The notes under the pieces are model-generated. The model searched no databases. It was given only the letters and a program-made list of their open reading frames with translations, and was not told where the DNA came from. Both the position numbers and the translations under genes were made by a program. A stretch of DNA of 63,546 bases, filler included, from Reticulomyxa filosa (lineage: Eukaryota; Protista; Foraminifera): assembly GCA_000512085.1 (NCBI GenBank). It is 20 parts of 20 records of this genome, joined end to end, with 100 filler letters (N's around TTAATTAATTAA, not from the genome) between each part and the next. Parts side by side here need not be neighbours in the genome. Positions count along the whole stretch, not along the records: positions 1 to 4,565 come from ASPP01008330.1; positions 4,666 to 5,825 come from ASPP01033162.1; positions 5,926 to 8,376 come from ASPP01017714.1; positions 8,477 to 9,536 come from ASPP01038474.1; positions 9,637 to 17,998 come from ASPP01013926.1; 15 more parts are not named here. One strand, 5' to 3'. Every line of letters begins with the position of its first letter. Position 1 is the stretch's first letter. Below are positions 1-13,199 of the stretch, in pieces.

Positions 1-719
1 AACAACAACAGCAACAACAACAAGACAGCAATGACAAACTCCCATTCCACGCAAAAAACAAATATGTTTGGGAAACTGTCGAAGTGGATGTCAATAAAAA
101 CCAAAACTCTACCAAATATTTGAATTATTTGGAACGGCTCAAACAAAAAGATCCGTCAAGAAAAGAGACTCTCAAACAGAAGAATCATGCCGGAAAACAA
201 CATATTCAACCTTTGTTTGGTTTTTTGTTTGTCTTGTTGTTTTTTTTTTTTTTTTCTCCCCCTCCTCCTCCAATAATTTTGTAAAACGTTTAATAGAAAT
301 GAGTGTATGTGTATAAAAATATGCATATACATATATTGACATATATACATATATGTGTACATGTGACTAAATTAGTATGGACAATCATATTCGAAGACGG
401 CAAAAACACAGAAAATTTTGGCAGTTTTGTAGTTGCATTGTGATTGTTTGTCTCAGCCAACCTTACATCGTTTTGGTGTTCAATATAATATATATTTTTA
501 AAAAGAGCATCGAAAGAAAATTGGCGTAAGAATGCACAACAGTATTGGATGGGATACACAACCAAGGGTGACCATAGTCACGATCGTGTTGACAATTACC
601 GACAAAGTCTTTTGGATAAAAGACGGCAAAATGCTTTGCTTTGGACACAGTTTGTTGCATTTGTTTGTTGTTGTCATACTGCATAATAACTCATATCACG
701 ACGTTCACACAATAGAAAA

Positions 720-2954
720 ATGATGCAAAGAAGCGCTGAACGAAAGCGAATTAATCAAGAAAAAGAAAAAGAGAAAGAAAAAGAAAAGGAAAAGAACAAA
801 GAGGCAACGAAAGAGGAAGAAAAAAAGATAGATACCGAAGCAGAGAATAGCCAGAAGCCTGAGCCCGAACCAGAGCCTGAACCTAAGCCTCAAGAAAAAA
901 AGGTTGAGGAAATACCAAAAAAGGGACAAGAAGAAGAGATTAAAGTAACAGAAAAGGAAAATGTAAATGTGGAAAGAGAAATAATGTCAAAAGTGACCAA
1001 ACACGCACTCGACAATTTTGCGAAAGAAAAAAAGATGCACGAATTAACACAAACGCTTGTTCAAATGAATAACCACCAGCACCTGCAGTTGCGACCACAA
1101 AGTGTTCCAGTGTCGTCTACACCTCCGCCTGGAAGCGTTACGCCATTCCCCGTTGCTCCCGCACAAACTGCTACTCAAAGCGCCTCGATAACTGCAACAC
1201 ATACAAAGACAAATTCCCATAGCAATGCGCACACAAACACAAATACGCATACAGCCACACATGCACCTACGCATACCACCGCTAATCATGCGACCACTCA
1301 TACAAATACGCATACAAATAAAACTGCACCAGCAAACACACACACCACTACACATACATCACGACAACCCAGTACTGGTAAGATTGAAAAAATGGATGCT
1401 TCATCCCATCCAAAACATGCAGCAACAACAACAACAACAACAACAACGGCGACGCCTGCAGTTTCCAAAGCTAATACGAATTCCAAAAGTAATACCAATA
1501 CAGCACCTTCGAATGATGCAAAGACGACCTCGACATCGACATTGAAGAAAGAAAACTCAGCAAAGAAGATCCAAGCAACACCGCAGAAGGACACAAAACT
1601 GTCGGCGATCAAAGAAACCGAGCATGTGAAAGAGGAGTCTCCGAATGCATATGACTTTCAGTCTGTGTTTGAAAGTCGTGCCCATTCGAATGTGAAATCG
1701 AAACGCAATGGGTCCAGACATGTGTCCACCGTCTCGGAGGAAATCAAAACTGACGAAAAACGAGAGGAAACACGTGTCGAAAAGATGAAACGACAAAGAG
1801 AGCAGTCCAAACAATTGTATCAGTTGTACAAGCGACAATACCAAGAAAAGATGAAAAAAGAGCATCGACCTATTCGTCCAAAGCAAATACGTAAACCACC
1901 AAAGGCAAACGATGCACAAACGCCCCCTAAACCTCCGCCGAAAAAAGAATTTAGTGCTGGTTGTACGTATGCGATGAAAGCCATTGGTCGTAGTATCTCT
2001 GACGGCTCACGCTTTACCGGTTTGTTGTGTGGAATTCATTCATTTTTTTTTTTTTTAAAAAAAAAAAAAAAGTAAGTTTTTGCAAGTCGATGACAATACA
2101 TAAAACAACAGGGGCGGCGTTATTCGAGGGCCAACAGACAGAAGTCGCCATCGAGTTGGACATAACAAGCAATCGTAACGAATTAGGCGAGTTTACTGGA
2201 AGAAGAACGCCCTTTGACAACACGTTGGGCAGCAGCGAAGGAAAAGGACGGCTGTGGTGTGATATGGTGTGGAACGAACAGAAAAAAGAGTACGAAGAGG
2301 CTGTCTGCTTCCGATGGGTTGATGAACAACAAGGAGTGATGACCGTATTGGAGTTCAACAGTGCCTGCGATAACTTGGATGTCAAACATTCGTTTTATGA
2401 AGGCCTTATCATGAGATTCCCTGCTTTTGCTGATCCAAATGATGCGGATTTAGAAAATGTCACACAACATGGAACTTTTGATTTTCTGTGCTCTTCCAGA
2501 AGTTTGCCAACTATTCCCTTTTTCAGTCTTACTTGTTTTTCCACATTTTTATTTGATCGTAATGTTTTCCATATTATATCTCATAGGAAGTCACCACAGA
2601 CAAAGTCTAGACTTTGGGTCATTTGGCCATGATTGGCTGTATGCGGATGAAAAAAGTGGAGATGATGAAAATCAAGAAGAGCCTAAATTTGTTCAGAGAA
2701 TGTTTGATTATTCTGAAAAAATTGAAGAGTCAAGAGCAAAAGAAAAACGCGAATCTTTAAGATTACCAGAGGGCGATGACTGGGCTTCCCATTTGTTTGG
2801 AAAACAATATAGTGTTAATGGCTCCAAAAACAATAAAACTGTGCAGTCTCCTGTCGCTGATATTAACTTAGATGCTCTTGACGAGACTCTATCTCGAAGA
2901 ACTTCTTCAGTACGAAGTCGCAGTAAGTCTCCTTTGCCGCCCTCTTCTTCTTAA
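720..2954 (+). CDS. Multi-exon hypothetical protein with E/K-, P- and T/H/N-rich low-complexity regions and an unidentified C-terminal globular domain
   Basis: ORFs 720-2075, 2027-2632 and 2457-2954 can be joined by AT-rich GT-AG introns near 2020-2111 and ~2500-2586. The 5' exons are unresolved. Confidence 0.6.
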
Positions 2955-3966
2955 CTTGTTTTTTTTGTTAAATCATGAGAATTATATCGAAGGGAATTTG
3001 TAGACTAATAAATGAGTTTTTTTCTTGTTCTTTTTTTTGTGATGTCATTTTAAGAGAAAGGTTTTTTTTAATTTTGTGATGAAACAATGCAACGAATATT
3101 GCACGATTGGTTCTGAGTACCACTTTTGTGCTGTTTTTCTCTTTTTTTTTTCTAGCGGGGAAAATGAGGGTGATCTTTTTATGTTGTTATAACTTGAATT
3201 TGTCTGTCAATTGAAAACAAATTGTATCATCACTTAATTAATCTAGTCTTTGTGTAACGATAAAATTTCAAACAATAAAGAGATATTGTTTCAATATCAT
3301 TGAATTTTTTAAGAGTGACACATTGCTTTCATCGAAGTAAACAGAATTCCTTTGTGCGCGAAGAAAAACTCAAATTAATAAAATCCCAATTGCTTCAAGC
3401 TGTCGGAAACATTATCACTAAGAGATTGCAACATTTGAAACTTTTTATGCCAATAGTTATACATTTTTTGAAATATAGATTATTGCATTGGGAATATATT
3501 TAATAAATGATACTAGTAACAACAAGGATTGCTGTTTTAAAACCAAATGATTTTTTTAAATAATCAATATACTAAACTTTAATTCAATTTTTTTTATCAG
3601 TCAAGCTGCTGAAAGATAAAACTAAAAATAACAAAGCAAGAAAAGCAATATAATAAAGTAATGTCTGCAACCAGAACTTTTATCACAACTTTATTCTACA
3701 TTTTTTTGACAACAGAAAAAAAATCCGAGGTAAGACTAGCTGTCACTGAGACTAAGTGTAATACAATAACTTCATCTTCCGTTCAATTGGCTCATTCACT
3801 TTTATAATATCTTTTTTTTAGTATTTTGCACAATTTTGTTTATAGTCGTTGATTTGACGCAGCTAGAAAAAAAATTGTGGCTATTAAACAACGAAGCATT
3901 TCGTAGAATACTTTGTCAGTTGAATGGGAAAAATATAGTGACATTAAAATTGAAATCCTTTTTAAG

Positions 3967-4524
3967 TCAGTAAGTTTCAAAAGAAGCATTTGATTTAGCG
4001 TGGACAGAAAAATAAGGATTTTTATTTAAAAATACAATTTCGTCAGGAGAAACTCTCTTCGCGAGAGATTCGTCTGTATTGGTATCAAATTTTACATTGA
4101 AAGCAACAGATATCCTCTCTGCGATGGTATCGTTGGATGTGTTGTTTGATGAAGGAAAGCTCGGACTAACCCAATGATTTAGCCAGTTGGGAAATAGCAA
4201 TATGTCTCCAATCACCGGTTTGACTTTCAAAGGTTCATTGAATTCTCCAAATGGCAATTGTACATTGCCATCAACCAAACGGGTTCGCGGATCGACAAAA
4301 TATAAGTCCCCACTGCCATTATCATTTCCCACACCACTATCTGGAATATTGATGTACACAACACCACTCAAATCGCTATTAGGATGAAAATGTGGCACAT
4401 TCATATCCATGTGAGTTGACACAGTTGCCCAAATGTCTATAATGTCAATCTTCAATACATTGTTTAAATTCAAATTCACGGACAGTTGATTATCATCAAA
4501 GTAATAAGAATTTTGGAACGACAA
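3967..4524 (-). CDS. Putative 2OG-Fe(II) oxygenase, TIGR02466 / 2OG-FeII_Oxy_5-like (5' end probably truncated by the contig end)
   Basis: Motifs WA...NxPHxHPNSxLSGVVYI, GDLYFVDPR, PxxGDILLFPNWLxHxVxP and RISVAFN are typical of this family. Confidence 0.85.
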   Translation of the reverse strand: MSFQNSYYFDDNQLSVNLNLNNVLKIDIIDIWATVSTHMDMNVPHFHPNSDLSGVVYINIPDSGVGNDNGSGDLYFVDPRTRLVDGNVQLPFGEFNEPLKVKPVIGDILLFPNWLNHWVSPSFPSSNNTSNDTIAERISVAFNVKFDTNTDESLAKRVSPDEIVFLNKNPYFSVHAKSNASFETY

Positions 4525-4565
4525 AACCCATATTCCAACCTTTCACATTTTTTCCCCCCCCCCCC

Positions 4566-4665
4566 NNNNNNNNNNNNNNNNNNNNNNNNNNNNNNNNNNN
4601 NNNNNNNNNTTAATTAATTAANNNNNNNNNNNNNNNNNNNNNNNNNNNNNNNNNNNNNNNNNNNN
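4566..4665. other. Artificial contig-joining spacer (first of 19)
   Basis: N44+TTAATTAATTAA+N44 gives stops in all six frames. The same 100-bp spacer recurs at 5826, 8377, 9537, 17999, 20253, 22669, 25111, 27760, 30200, 31533, 35148, 37282, 39068, 40627, 41735, 44201, 47036 and 62140. Adjacency across spacers has no biological meaning. Confidence 0.99.
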
Positions 4666-5022
4666 TTTTTTTTTAGGTAGACACAAATGATAACTTGCAA
4701 ATCTTGAATTGTTTGTTGCATCAAGTCGTGTTTGGAACATGTATGAGTGCATTCTTGTGATTCCATGTTCTTTACGTCAAGTTTTTTTACAAGGTTCAAA
4801 CCTTGGCACGATTCAAAAAAAAACTGTATTGTACGGTGCTGTTTCCTTTCTCCAACAAGTAAAAAAATTATAATTAAAAATATCACTGCAACAAAAATGA
4901 TATTTAAACTAGAGGCAAGCAGTTTATGTACAAGATGAAATTACAATCCTTAGCTGTAAAGGAAATAAGTTCAATATTTTTTTTTTTTTAAAAAAAAAAG
5001 CGAGAACCGTGAACGGCTTGCC

Positions 5023-5713
5023 ATGTCCATACAAAATACTGTTTCACTATTGACAACAATTTATACCACAAAAGATAATGATGAGCGACGACAAGTATGT
5101 TGTTCTTGTTCCTTTAAAGAGAGTTGGAACTGGACAAGGACAGGAGAAGAGATGTATTTGATTCAAAGTTGTAATAATGTTATGTGTTTGAAAAAAGGCG
5201 GAAACACTACTCGACAAACTGAGAGAAAATCCACTACGTTTTCTGCAATCTCTGTTGGATGTAGTATCGAATCAAAAGGCATCACTGGACGTGAGACATG
5301 CAGCAATTGTATTATTTCGTCGGGTAGGTTGATTCAAGAGTCAGCTACAAAAATAAAGGGATAGATAAATAAACAAAAAGTAACAATACAATGATAAATG
5401 ATTATGTGTTGTTTGTATATATATGTGTGTGTGTGTGTGTGTGTATGAATACAAGTATGTCGAGCCGAATAAAAAATATTTTGATGTGATCCCACGAGAA
5501 GAATGGGAGTCGTTTGAAAAAGTGCTAATGACACTGTTGACGCAAGAGTCGGAACATACCGTGTACACAGCCATCAGCCAAGCCGTAGGAGTCTTTGCCT
5601 CCCGAGTAGTGCCTCAAGGCAGCTGGAAGAACTTGCTTTCCACAATGGTCCAATTGTCACAGTCTTCTGACACGTTTCATCGAGAAGGATTTTTGATTAT
5701 TTTGGATTGGTAA
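5023..5713 (+). CDS. Importin-beta family (importin-5/Kap121- or importin-4-like) N-terminal HEAT region, partial
   Basis: Spliced reading: MSIQNTVSLLTTIYTTKDNDERRQ|AETLLDKLRENPLRFLQSLLDVV...VRHAAIVLFRR|...EEWESFEKVLMTLLTQE...QGSWKNLL, with GT-AG introns. Confidence 0.75.
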
Positions 5714-6802
5714 TCATATTACAATTCACTAATAATGATAACAGTGATAATAATTATATGTAACATATTATTATTATTATTAATTATAATTATTATTATT
5801 ATTATTATTATTATTGTTATCATTANNNNNNNNNNNNNNNNNNNNNNNNNNNNNNNNNNNNNNNNNNNNTTAATTAATTAANNNNNNNNNNNNNNNNNNN
5901 NNNNNNNNNNNNNNNNNNNNNNNNNAGAAACAAAGCCTGTAGAAACAAAGTGATAACACCATGTTCGCTCATTTTTTTCGTAATAATTGAGTTTTGTTTT
6001 TTGTCCTTTTTTTGCAATTCCGAAACAATAAAATAAAAGAAAATAAAAATAACATAAAAATAAATGATAAAAATACAAAAATAATAAAAGGAGAAAACAT
6101 TCTTTTCTCTTTTTATCTTGATTTCACTGAAACACAGCGACAATCAATGACTTCTCACTTTCGTTATTTTTTTTCTTTTTAGAAAGAAAGAACAACCCAA
6201 AAAAAAGACACTCCTACTTTTTTTTCCATTCATTCGAACCAATAAATATTTCTTTCGGAAAAGTCTTGGAACCAGACACTGAAAATGTTAATAGTTTAAA
6301 CCAAAATATAATTTGTTTTTTGTTCATGAGCGCATGGTTCAAGGGACTTTTTTCTCCTTTAGTAACTTGCTGCAGTCTTAAAAAGTATAAAAATGAATGA
6401 TCACGCGCCATTGAACAAGATCAGTAACAAAATGCAGACAACTATTAAGCAATTGAAAGTAAAAGCAAAGAAAAAAACGCATACACAAAAAAGTACGTTA
6501 AAAAAACAGAATGAAAGTTGATGAAGTCTGGCCAAAGCCTGATGTGTCTACTTTCTTTTTAATTTGTATTACATCTTTCATCGAGACACAAATTATCTAA
6601 GGGAATACACTTGCAAATGTTTATATTGATTCATTTTAGGACGATCTTTTTTGATGTTGATTATAATATTATTGGTATATTCTTCACTTGTCAATTTTAC
6701 ATAATTTAATATCATTCATAACATTTATAAATATTTATTTAAGGAATACTAAATATAAATGTAAAATCTTCGCAGTTAATTTGAAAACTACAATCGACAG
6801 CT

Positions 6803-7161
6803 AAAAAAAGAACTTCCCTAAATGAACACATATGAACGTTCATGCATTTCTTCACGAAAAATCAACTTATTCAAAATTCTTTTTTAAATAATATCTACGC
6901 ATCGTGGAGAATCCAAAAACATATTTTGTTTTTAATAAAGTGTAGAAACATACAAAAATCATTTAATTCTGAAAATTTTCAAAAAATGAAAAAAACATTA
7001 GTTTTTAATAAAAGTGTAGAAAACCATACAAAAATTGTTAAATACATTTTTGGATTCTCCACGATGAGTAGATATTATTTAAAAAAGAATTTTGAATAAG
7101 TATTGATTTTTCATGAAGAAATGCATGAATGTCATAGGTTCGTTTTAGTGAGATCTTTTTT
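6803..7161. mobile_element. Foldback/MITE-like element with ~120-bp inverted arms
   Basis: 6803-6926 is the near-exact reverse complement of 7040-7161 (e.g. ttcatgcatttcttca..., cttattcaaaattcttttttaaataatatctac..., catcgtggagaatccaaaaa). The spacer carries two direct copies of gtttttaataaa(a)gtgtagaaa...catacaaaaat. Confidence 0.75.
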
Positions 7162-7579
7162 CATTACAAGTGGGACAAAGCTGATACACAAAAATGGTAT
7201 CTTATGAAGGGTATAGATTTTTTACGTCAAAAATAAATATTATCTAAAAATTTTTAAGAGTCTTCAGGTGTTTTAAAATGCATTTTATTTTTTTCTACAA
7301 TTACAACATTATTAATTTTTTTATTTTTGCGTTTTTATAATTTTTTTGGTGTTTATTTCATGAAATTTTTATTTTTTGTATTTTTTTATGTTTTTTTTGG
7401 TATGTTTTTTGAATTAGTAGTTATAATAAAAAAATATTTGAAGAAGAGACAAAAATATGAACTCTTTTTTAAATTAACAGTTTTTTTGAATTTTTTACAA
7501 ATCAACTTATGTTAAACTGCAAGTTCTTAATAAATTCAAAAAAAGGAAATATTGAATTTTATAATTAAAGTTTTAATGA

Positions 7580-7850
7580 CTTCATAGTTCCAAACCTTTC
7601 AAACTTTGAAGAAGTTACCCACTTTACTTGGGCAATCTCAATGTGTGCACACAAACACGAACTCCTCATTTGTGGATGTTATCAACAGAGACTTGTTATT
7701 CTTGTATACAATCAAAAACAAATACAAGTTTATTTGGAGTATCCAAGTGATTTGATTGCTATCTTTGTTGTTGTTATCTACAAGTTTCACTACCTTCTAA
7801 TTCAACATCACTTTGTTGTCCTTTGGTGGATATGGTAACATATCTTAGAC
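7580..7850 (+). pseudogene. Decayed kelch-like propeller gene fragment
   Basis: FQTLKKLPTLLGQSQC / AHKHELLICG..., homologous to the start of the 33903 gene but frameshifted and internally deleted. Confidence 0.7.
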
Positions 7851-8754
7851 AATACGATTTGAAAAAGAATCAATCAAAAGAAGAACATGAAAATGAATGC
7901 AACTACAATCACAATTGCAAGCCGAAAAATTACAAACAGTTTTGTCATTATGTTTGAGTTCTTTTTTTTAAATATTTCCCTTTATTCAATTATTACAATT
8001 ATTGAAAAAAGGAATAATTAAGAAAAATAAATTTGAAAAGTAATGCAGAAATTGAAAAACTAAAAGAAAGTGATAACGAAAAAAGCAAAGAAATTCAACA
8101 ACTTAAACAATGTTAAAGTGCATTTGACATTCGCATCATCAGATTGGAAGAAATACTAAAAAGCAACAATATTGTAGTTTTTAAATATGAAATTGATTTT
8201 ATAATAAGTTTTTTCTAGTTTGATCAAAAATATGATTTTTTCAAAGTATTGAAAATAAGAAATTTTTAAATCTTTTTGTTTTAATGTTAGGAATCTTCAA
8301 GTCACGTAGATACTTTTTAAAAAAAGAATTAGCCTTGATCTTTCGTAATTTTTAACAAAATTTTGAAAACTTTTTTNNNNNNNNNNNNNNNNNNNNNNNN
8401 NNNNNNNNNNNNNNNNNNNNTTAATTAATTAANNNNNNNNNNNNNNNNNNNNNNNNNNNNNNNNNNNNNNNNNNNNTATCACATTTTTCTTTTGCTTTTT
8501 TCAACAGCCAACAGAAGTATTAATCTGTATGTTGTTGTAAGTAATTTACTGTATATTAGTTGTGGAATGGAAATACTGCGTGTAAAATAAATATCAACAA
8601 ATTTCTCTGCTGACAAAAGATATGCATTTACTGGCCCCTTTTGTATATACAAGACCTTAGCAATTAATGCATATTTCGGTAAAAAACTCACAAAAAAAAA
8701 TTGAAATAATATCAACAATTTTTTTTACTGTAAAAAAAATTTATACACAAGAGT

Positions 8755-9536
8755 TCATCCCCAAACACGAATGTGGCCATTTCTTGAACCATAACACAAA
8801 TAAATATCGCAATCACCACTTGTGTTTTCATTGTCTTTTTCTGTCTTTTTCAATGATACAAATTTAATACAGAATATTCCATTATCTTCTTTGTCATCTC
8901 CATCAATAATACTCAATTCCTTCTTATTTGATCGAATGTCCCAAAAACGAATTGCATTATCCAATGATCCAGAACATATCACATTCGAATTGCCACCAAC
9001 CTTGATATCATCAACTACAAATGGTGAATATTCAACACAATTTACGCCATCTGTATGTTTATTGAACATTTGAGTTTGTTTACCGGATCGAATATCCCAC
9101 AAACGAACGCTGTTATCAGATTATCATATATTTGCATCACCAATTCCTGATCCATATTTTACACTCCAAATTAAATCTTGATGTCCTTTGAATACAATTA
9201 ATTGTTTGATTGTTTCAATATCCCATATTCGAATGGTCTTATCAAATGATCCAGAGCAAAAGGTATATCCATTGCCACCAATTATACCGGTATTGTTATC
9301 ATTCTTGTTACTATTGCTTTGCAATGGTGAAATATCCACACACCATACAATACCTTCATGTCCATTGGAAGAGTGTAATGATTCAGATGTTTCTACATCC
9401 CATAAATGAATAGTTTTGTCTTTGGATCCAGAGCACAAATATCTACCACCACTAAATGGTGAAAATTCAATACCACCGACCCAGTTAGTGTGTCTATCAA
9501 ATACTTGCAGCTGTTGATTATCTTGGATATCCCAAA
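8755..9536 (-). pseudogene. WD40-repeat gene with tandem in-frame stops (5' truncated by contig end)
   Basis: Repeated CSGSxDKTIxxWD units. ORFs 9124-9438 and 8755-9102 share a frame and are separated by TGA TAA at 9121-9126, where the ILSG of the repeat is expected. Confidence 0.8.
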
Positions 9537-10209
9537 NNNNNNNNNNNNNNNNNNNNNNNNNNNNNNNNNNNNNNNNNNNNTTAATTAATTAANNNNNNNN
9601 NNNNNNNNNNNNNNNNNNNNNNNNNNNNNNNNNNNNGTTCCATAACAAGAAGAGCAAAATTTGGTGATAGAAGCATTTTAATGTATTTTAACAATAAGCT
9701 TTTACATATGTGTAATTTATATAATACACAAACGATTTGTGTTCTTTTTGAAACAAATAAGTTTGCAAAACATACACAACATGTCTAAAATTGACACATT
9801 ATGAAGATAATCGATTTTATCCATGAAAAATAAACATTTAAACATAATTCTTTAAATTCATACGTTTAATGTATATTTACAACAATGTTATTAATTTAAC
9901 TAAAATTCAATTTTTATACGCTTTTTAAATTTTTACAAACCAAGGTGTAAACTTTATTTTCATTTATAAAATATTGATTGTGTAAAATTACAAATTAACA
10001 ACTAGTATATGTTTAAAAATATAATAATATAAAATGTTTATTTATCAGATAATAATGAATTCTTTCACGACATGTCACTTTTAAGTATGTTTACTGTTTT
10101 ACTTTACATTACTTTGTGATTATTATCTTTTAATAAACTTTTTTTGGAACTGAGAAAGGCAAATGGACGACAAAAAGTTCTTTTTTTAGGATATAGAACT
10201 TTGTTCGAA

Positions 10210-11346
10210 ATGAGCTGTGACGATTATAATGATTATAGTTATTTCGGCACAAGCAAATGTTGTGGAAAACTGGACAATGAGAAAAAGAAAAAAAAGCGGA
10301 AACGAGGAAAACGAAAAGCGAAAATGGCATATGTGGTAAACAAATGTAGTTGCAACATTTGTAGATAACATCATCCACCAAAAAAAAACAGACAGAAAAG
10401 ATTATAAAGAGAATTACTGAGAATTGGCTTCGTATCTTTAATATCAAATTTGGATGGATTAATGAATTCAACAAGATTGTGGCACAATATGTTTAGGGAA
10501 TGTTCTTTCTTTTTGTTTGTTGTTGACAGAATGTATGTGGGTCAGAATTTGATAGCATAATAGATGGTACATATGTTGATTCATGATATCCCAATATAGA
10601 CAAAGACATTTCGAATGGTGAAAGTATTGCAAGGACATCTCAACGTAATAAATAGCGTAAGCTTTTCACCAGATGGAAAAAAGATTGTTTCGGCATCAAG
10701 AGACAAAACAATTCGAATATGGGATATTGCATCACTGAGACAAATTCAAATGTTTGCGGAGACTAATGAAGAAATGTTTGGAGCGAAATTTTCATCAGAT
10801 GGGAAATGTGTTGCGGCCTATTCTGAAGATAATACAATTCGATTATGGGATGTGCAATCAGGGAAAGAAATTCAAACATTTGATTGTATGGTATCCGATA
10901 TATACTTTTCACCAGATAATCAACTGCTTATATCCCGTCTGATTAATGGCTCCGTTGTTATGTGGAATTTGGAAACTGGAAAAAGAGCGAGTGAATTGGA
11001 AAAGCACTCCGATGAAAATAGATCAAGAATGTCACCAGATGGTCAATTTGTTATCGCAAATAGTGGAAAGAACATGATTGGCATAATGGATGCAATGTCT
11101 GGAGAAATTGTACAAAGATTGATTGGACATGGTCATTATGTTAGCGATATGAGGTATTCATCTGATGGTCAAACTATTGTGTCTTGTTCATGGGATAAAA
11201 CAATTCGGTGGTGGGATGTGGCATCGGGGCACGAAATACAAATTTTGAAGGGACACTCGGATTGGGTGACAAAAGTAGATGTCTCCCCAGATGGAAATTG
11301 TATTGTGTCAGCTTCTTGGGATAGAACAATTCGAGTTTGGAGATAA
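10210..11346 (+). CDS. WD40-repeat protein with upstream WxR/GWI linker mini-exon
   Basis: Exon 10392-10490 reads TEKIIKRITENWLRIFNIKFGWINEFNKIVAQY. Exon 10600-11346 has ~6 GH...WD repeats. The first exon is uncertain. Confidence 0.88.
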
Positions 11347-11976
11347 TTCAATCAAAATAAATAAATAAATAAATTGTTGCACATGTGCAAGTGATGGAAA
11401 AAGAGTTGTTATTCAATATTTTTATTGAGGAAGTGAAAAATCAGAAACCATTTTCTTTTTCTTATCACGTTTATATAAATTTCTTTACATAAAGCTTGAA
11501 AATAACGTTTCTCAAAAATACTACCAAATGCACTTAAATGTGAAATTTATAAAATAAGTCGTTTTTTAAATAAGAAAACAGGCAATGGAAATAAATCTAT
11601 TTGAAAACTATATTCAATTTATACACGGAAACATCATTTGTTTTAATCATGCTTTATATTAGACAAATCCAATGAGATTTAGATTTAACAATACTTAAGA
11701 ATATTGGAGTGTCTCCATTTAACCGCTTTCTTTGCAAGAAAAAAAAAAACAGACCTGTATATGGTTTCCAGTGTTAAAGTTCATAACACTCATATTAAAA
11801 AAGGTAAAGTTCCATTATATAACCCTTATTAGTTTTAAGTTATTTTTTTGCGAAGAGCATTAAAAAGAATGTGTTTAGTAAATACATGACTTAAAAAAAA
11901 AAAAAAGGGAACCCCCAGAAAAAAAAACGCGACAACAAGAAATATTTATCATGTTGCGATTTCCGACTAGTAACAA

Positions 11977-12509
11977 TCAGTTACCATCAACAGAAGAACT
12001 TTGCAAACTCTTCAACTGTGCTTTAAGAATTTCGATTTCTTTTTCTTTTTCTTGCATTGCTTTTTGCAGTTCCGCATTCTTTTCTTTCAACTTACTCGCG
12101 TCATTGTCCTTTGATTTTGTTATAGTGGTTTAATTGCCATTCGTTTTATAGTAACTTTATTAAAAAAAAAAATAGATTTTTTTTTAGTAATCCCCCCTCC
12201 TTTATAAAAAAAAAGAGTTTTTTTTAACTTTATCTATAGGTCCTGCCCCCAAAAATGTTTTTATGTACTCCAGCGCGTTGTCAGGTTTTTCCGGGTTTTC
12301 GTACAGACCCATCAATAAACGTGTCAATTGATCAATCACTCCCGCTTTTTCTAAGTATTTTTGAAATTCTTCACGCTGGGGTATACCGTCTGCTGTTTGC
12401 TTTTATTCATTTGTTTTTTGTTTCATTTTTGATTTGGTTTGTCGCTTGCAAACGTGTGCTTTTTTCAACTAACAAAATATTATACCTTTTCAGGTTGTTT
12501 TTGTGCCAT
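11977..12509 (-). CDS. MYCBP: c-Myc-binding protein / AMY-1 homolog (3 exons)
   Basis: Manual translation: MAQKQPEK|QTADGIPQREEFQKYLEKAGVIDQLTRLLMGLYENPEKPDNALEYIKTFLGAGPIDK|DNDASKLKEKNAELQKAMQEKEKEIEILKAQLKSLQSSSVDGN*. This matches the MYCBP signature REEFxxYLEKxGVxDxLTxxLxxLYExPEKPxNALEY plus a coiled coil. Confidence 0.9.
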
Positions 12510-13199
12510 TGCTTCTTTTGTAAGTTTTTCTTAGTTTGTTCTTTTGCAGTAAATAAAATGCTTTGTCAATGACAATAAAAAAGAATTTTTGGGATCAACT
12601 TGGGGCTGCTCTTTGTTTAAAACAGTTTGTTTTCTTGAGTACTGTTGTTCGCGATAATCTTTGATACAAAATGGAAGATGACTTTGAAAGTAACAAGTTA
12701 TTGTCTATCACAAAGAAGATATTTTTGTACTGTAGTTTCTTTCTTTAAGACTTACGCAGTATTTTTAAAAAATGGAACACATCAAAGACCACTTTATGGA
12801 AGTAGTCGATTTTTCATTCAGATAATATTTTTAAATTTATTTTTAAATGCTGTAACATTGCCGTTATCGATTTTTGTAAAAAATTGATTTTTACAAATGA
12901 GAAATGTAAAACATTCTATTAGACAAAATGCCTCACGTTTGAACTTCAGAACAATAAACCTAACAATCTGAACTCTCACTTATATGAGTTTTGAAAACGC
13001 TTTATTGAGATAAAATTAAACTTTTGTACAATTTTGTGAATGTAAATAGCTTAGGGAAACCAATAACTGGCACTCATCAAACAATAATATAAGACTTCGT
13101 TTTGTCATATCGATCCAATAAATATTTATTGTGAGTCTACAAAAAGGGTCACATTTAAAAAATAAAAAATCGACGTCAACGTGGAATAAACAAAGAAAA

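Noticed and set aside
1044-1919. Overlapping minus-strand ORFs within the 720-2075 ORF
   Set aside because: Shadow frames of low-complexity coding sequence.
9121-9126. In-frame TGA TAA in a WD40 gene as possible stop-codon reassignment or readthrough
   Set aside because: Two adjacent stops coincide with loss of conserved repeat residues, and other genes end normally at TAA/TGA. Pseudogenisation is more likely.
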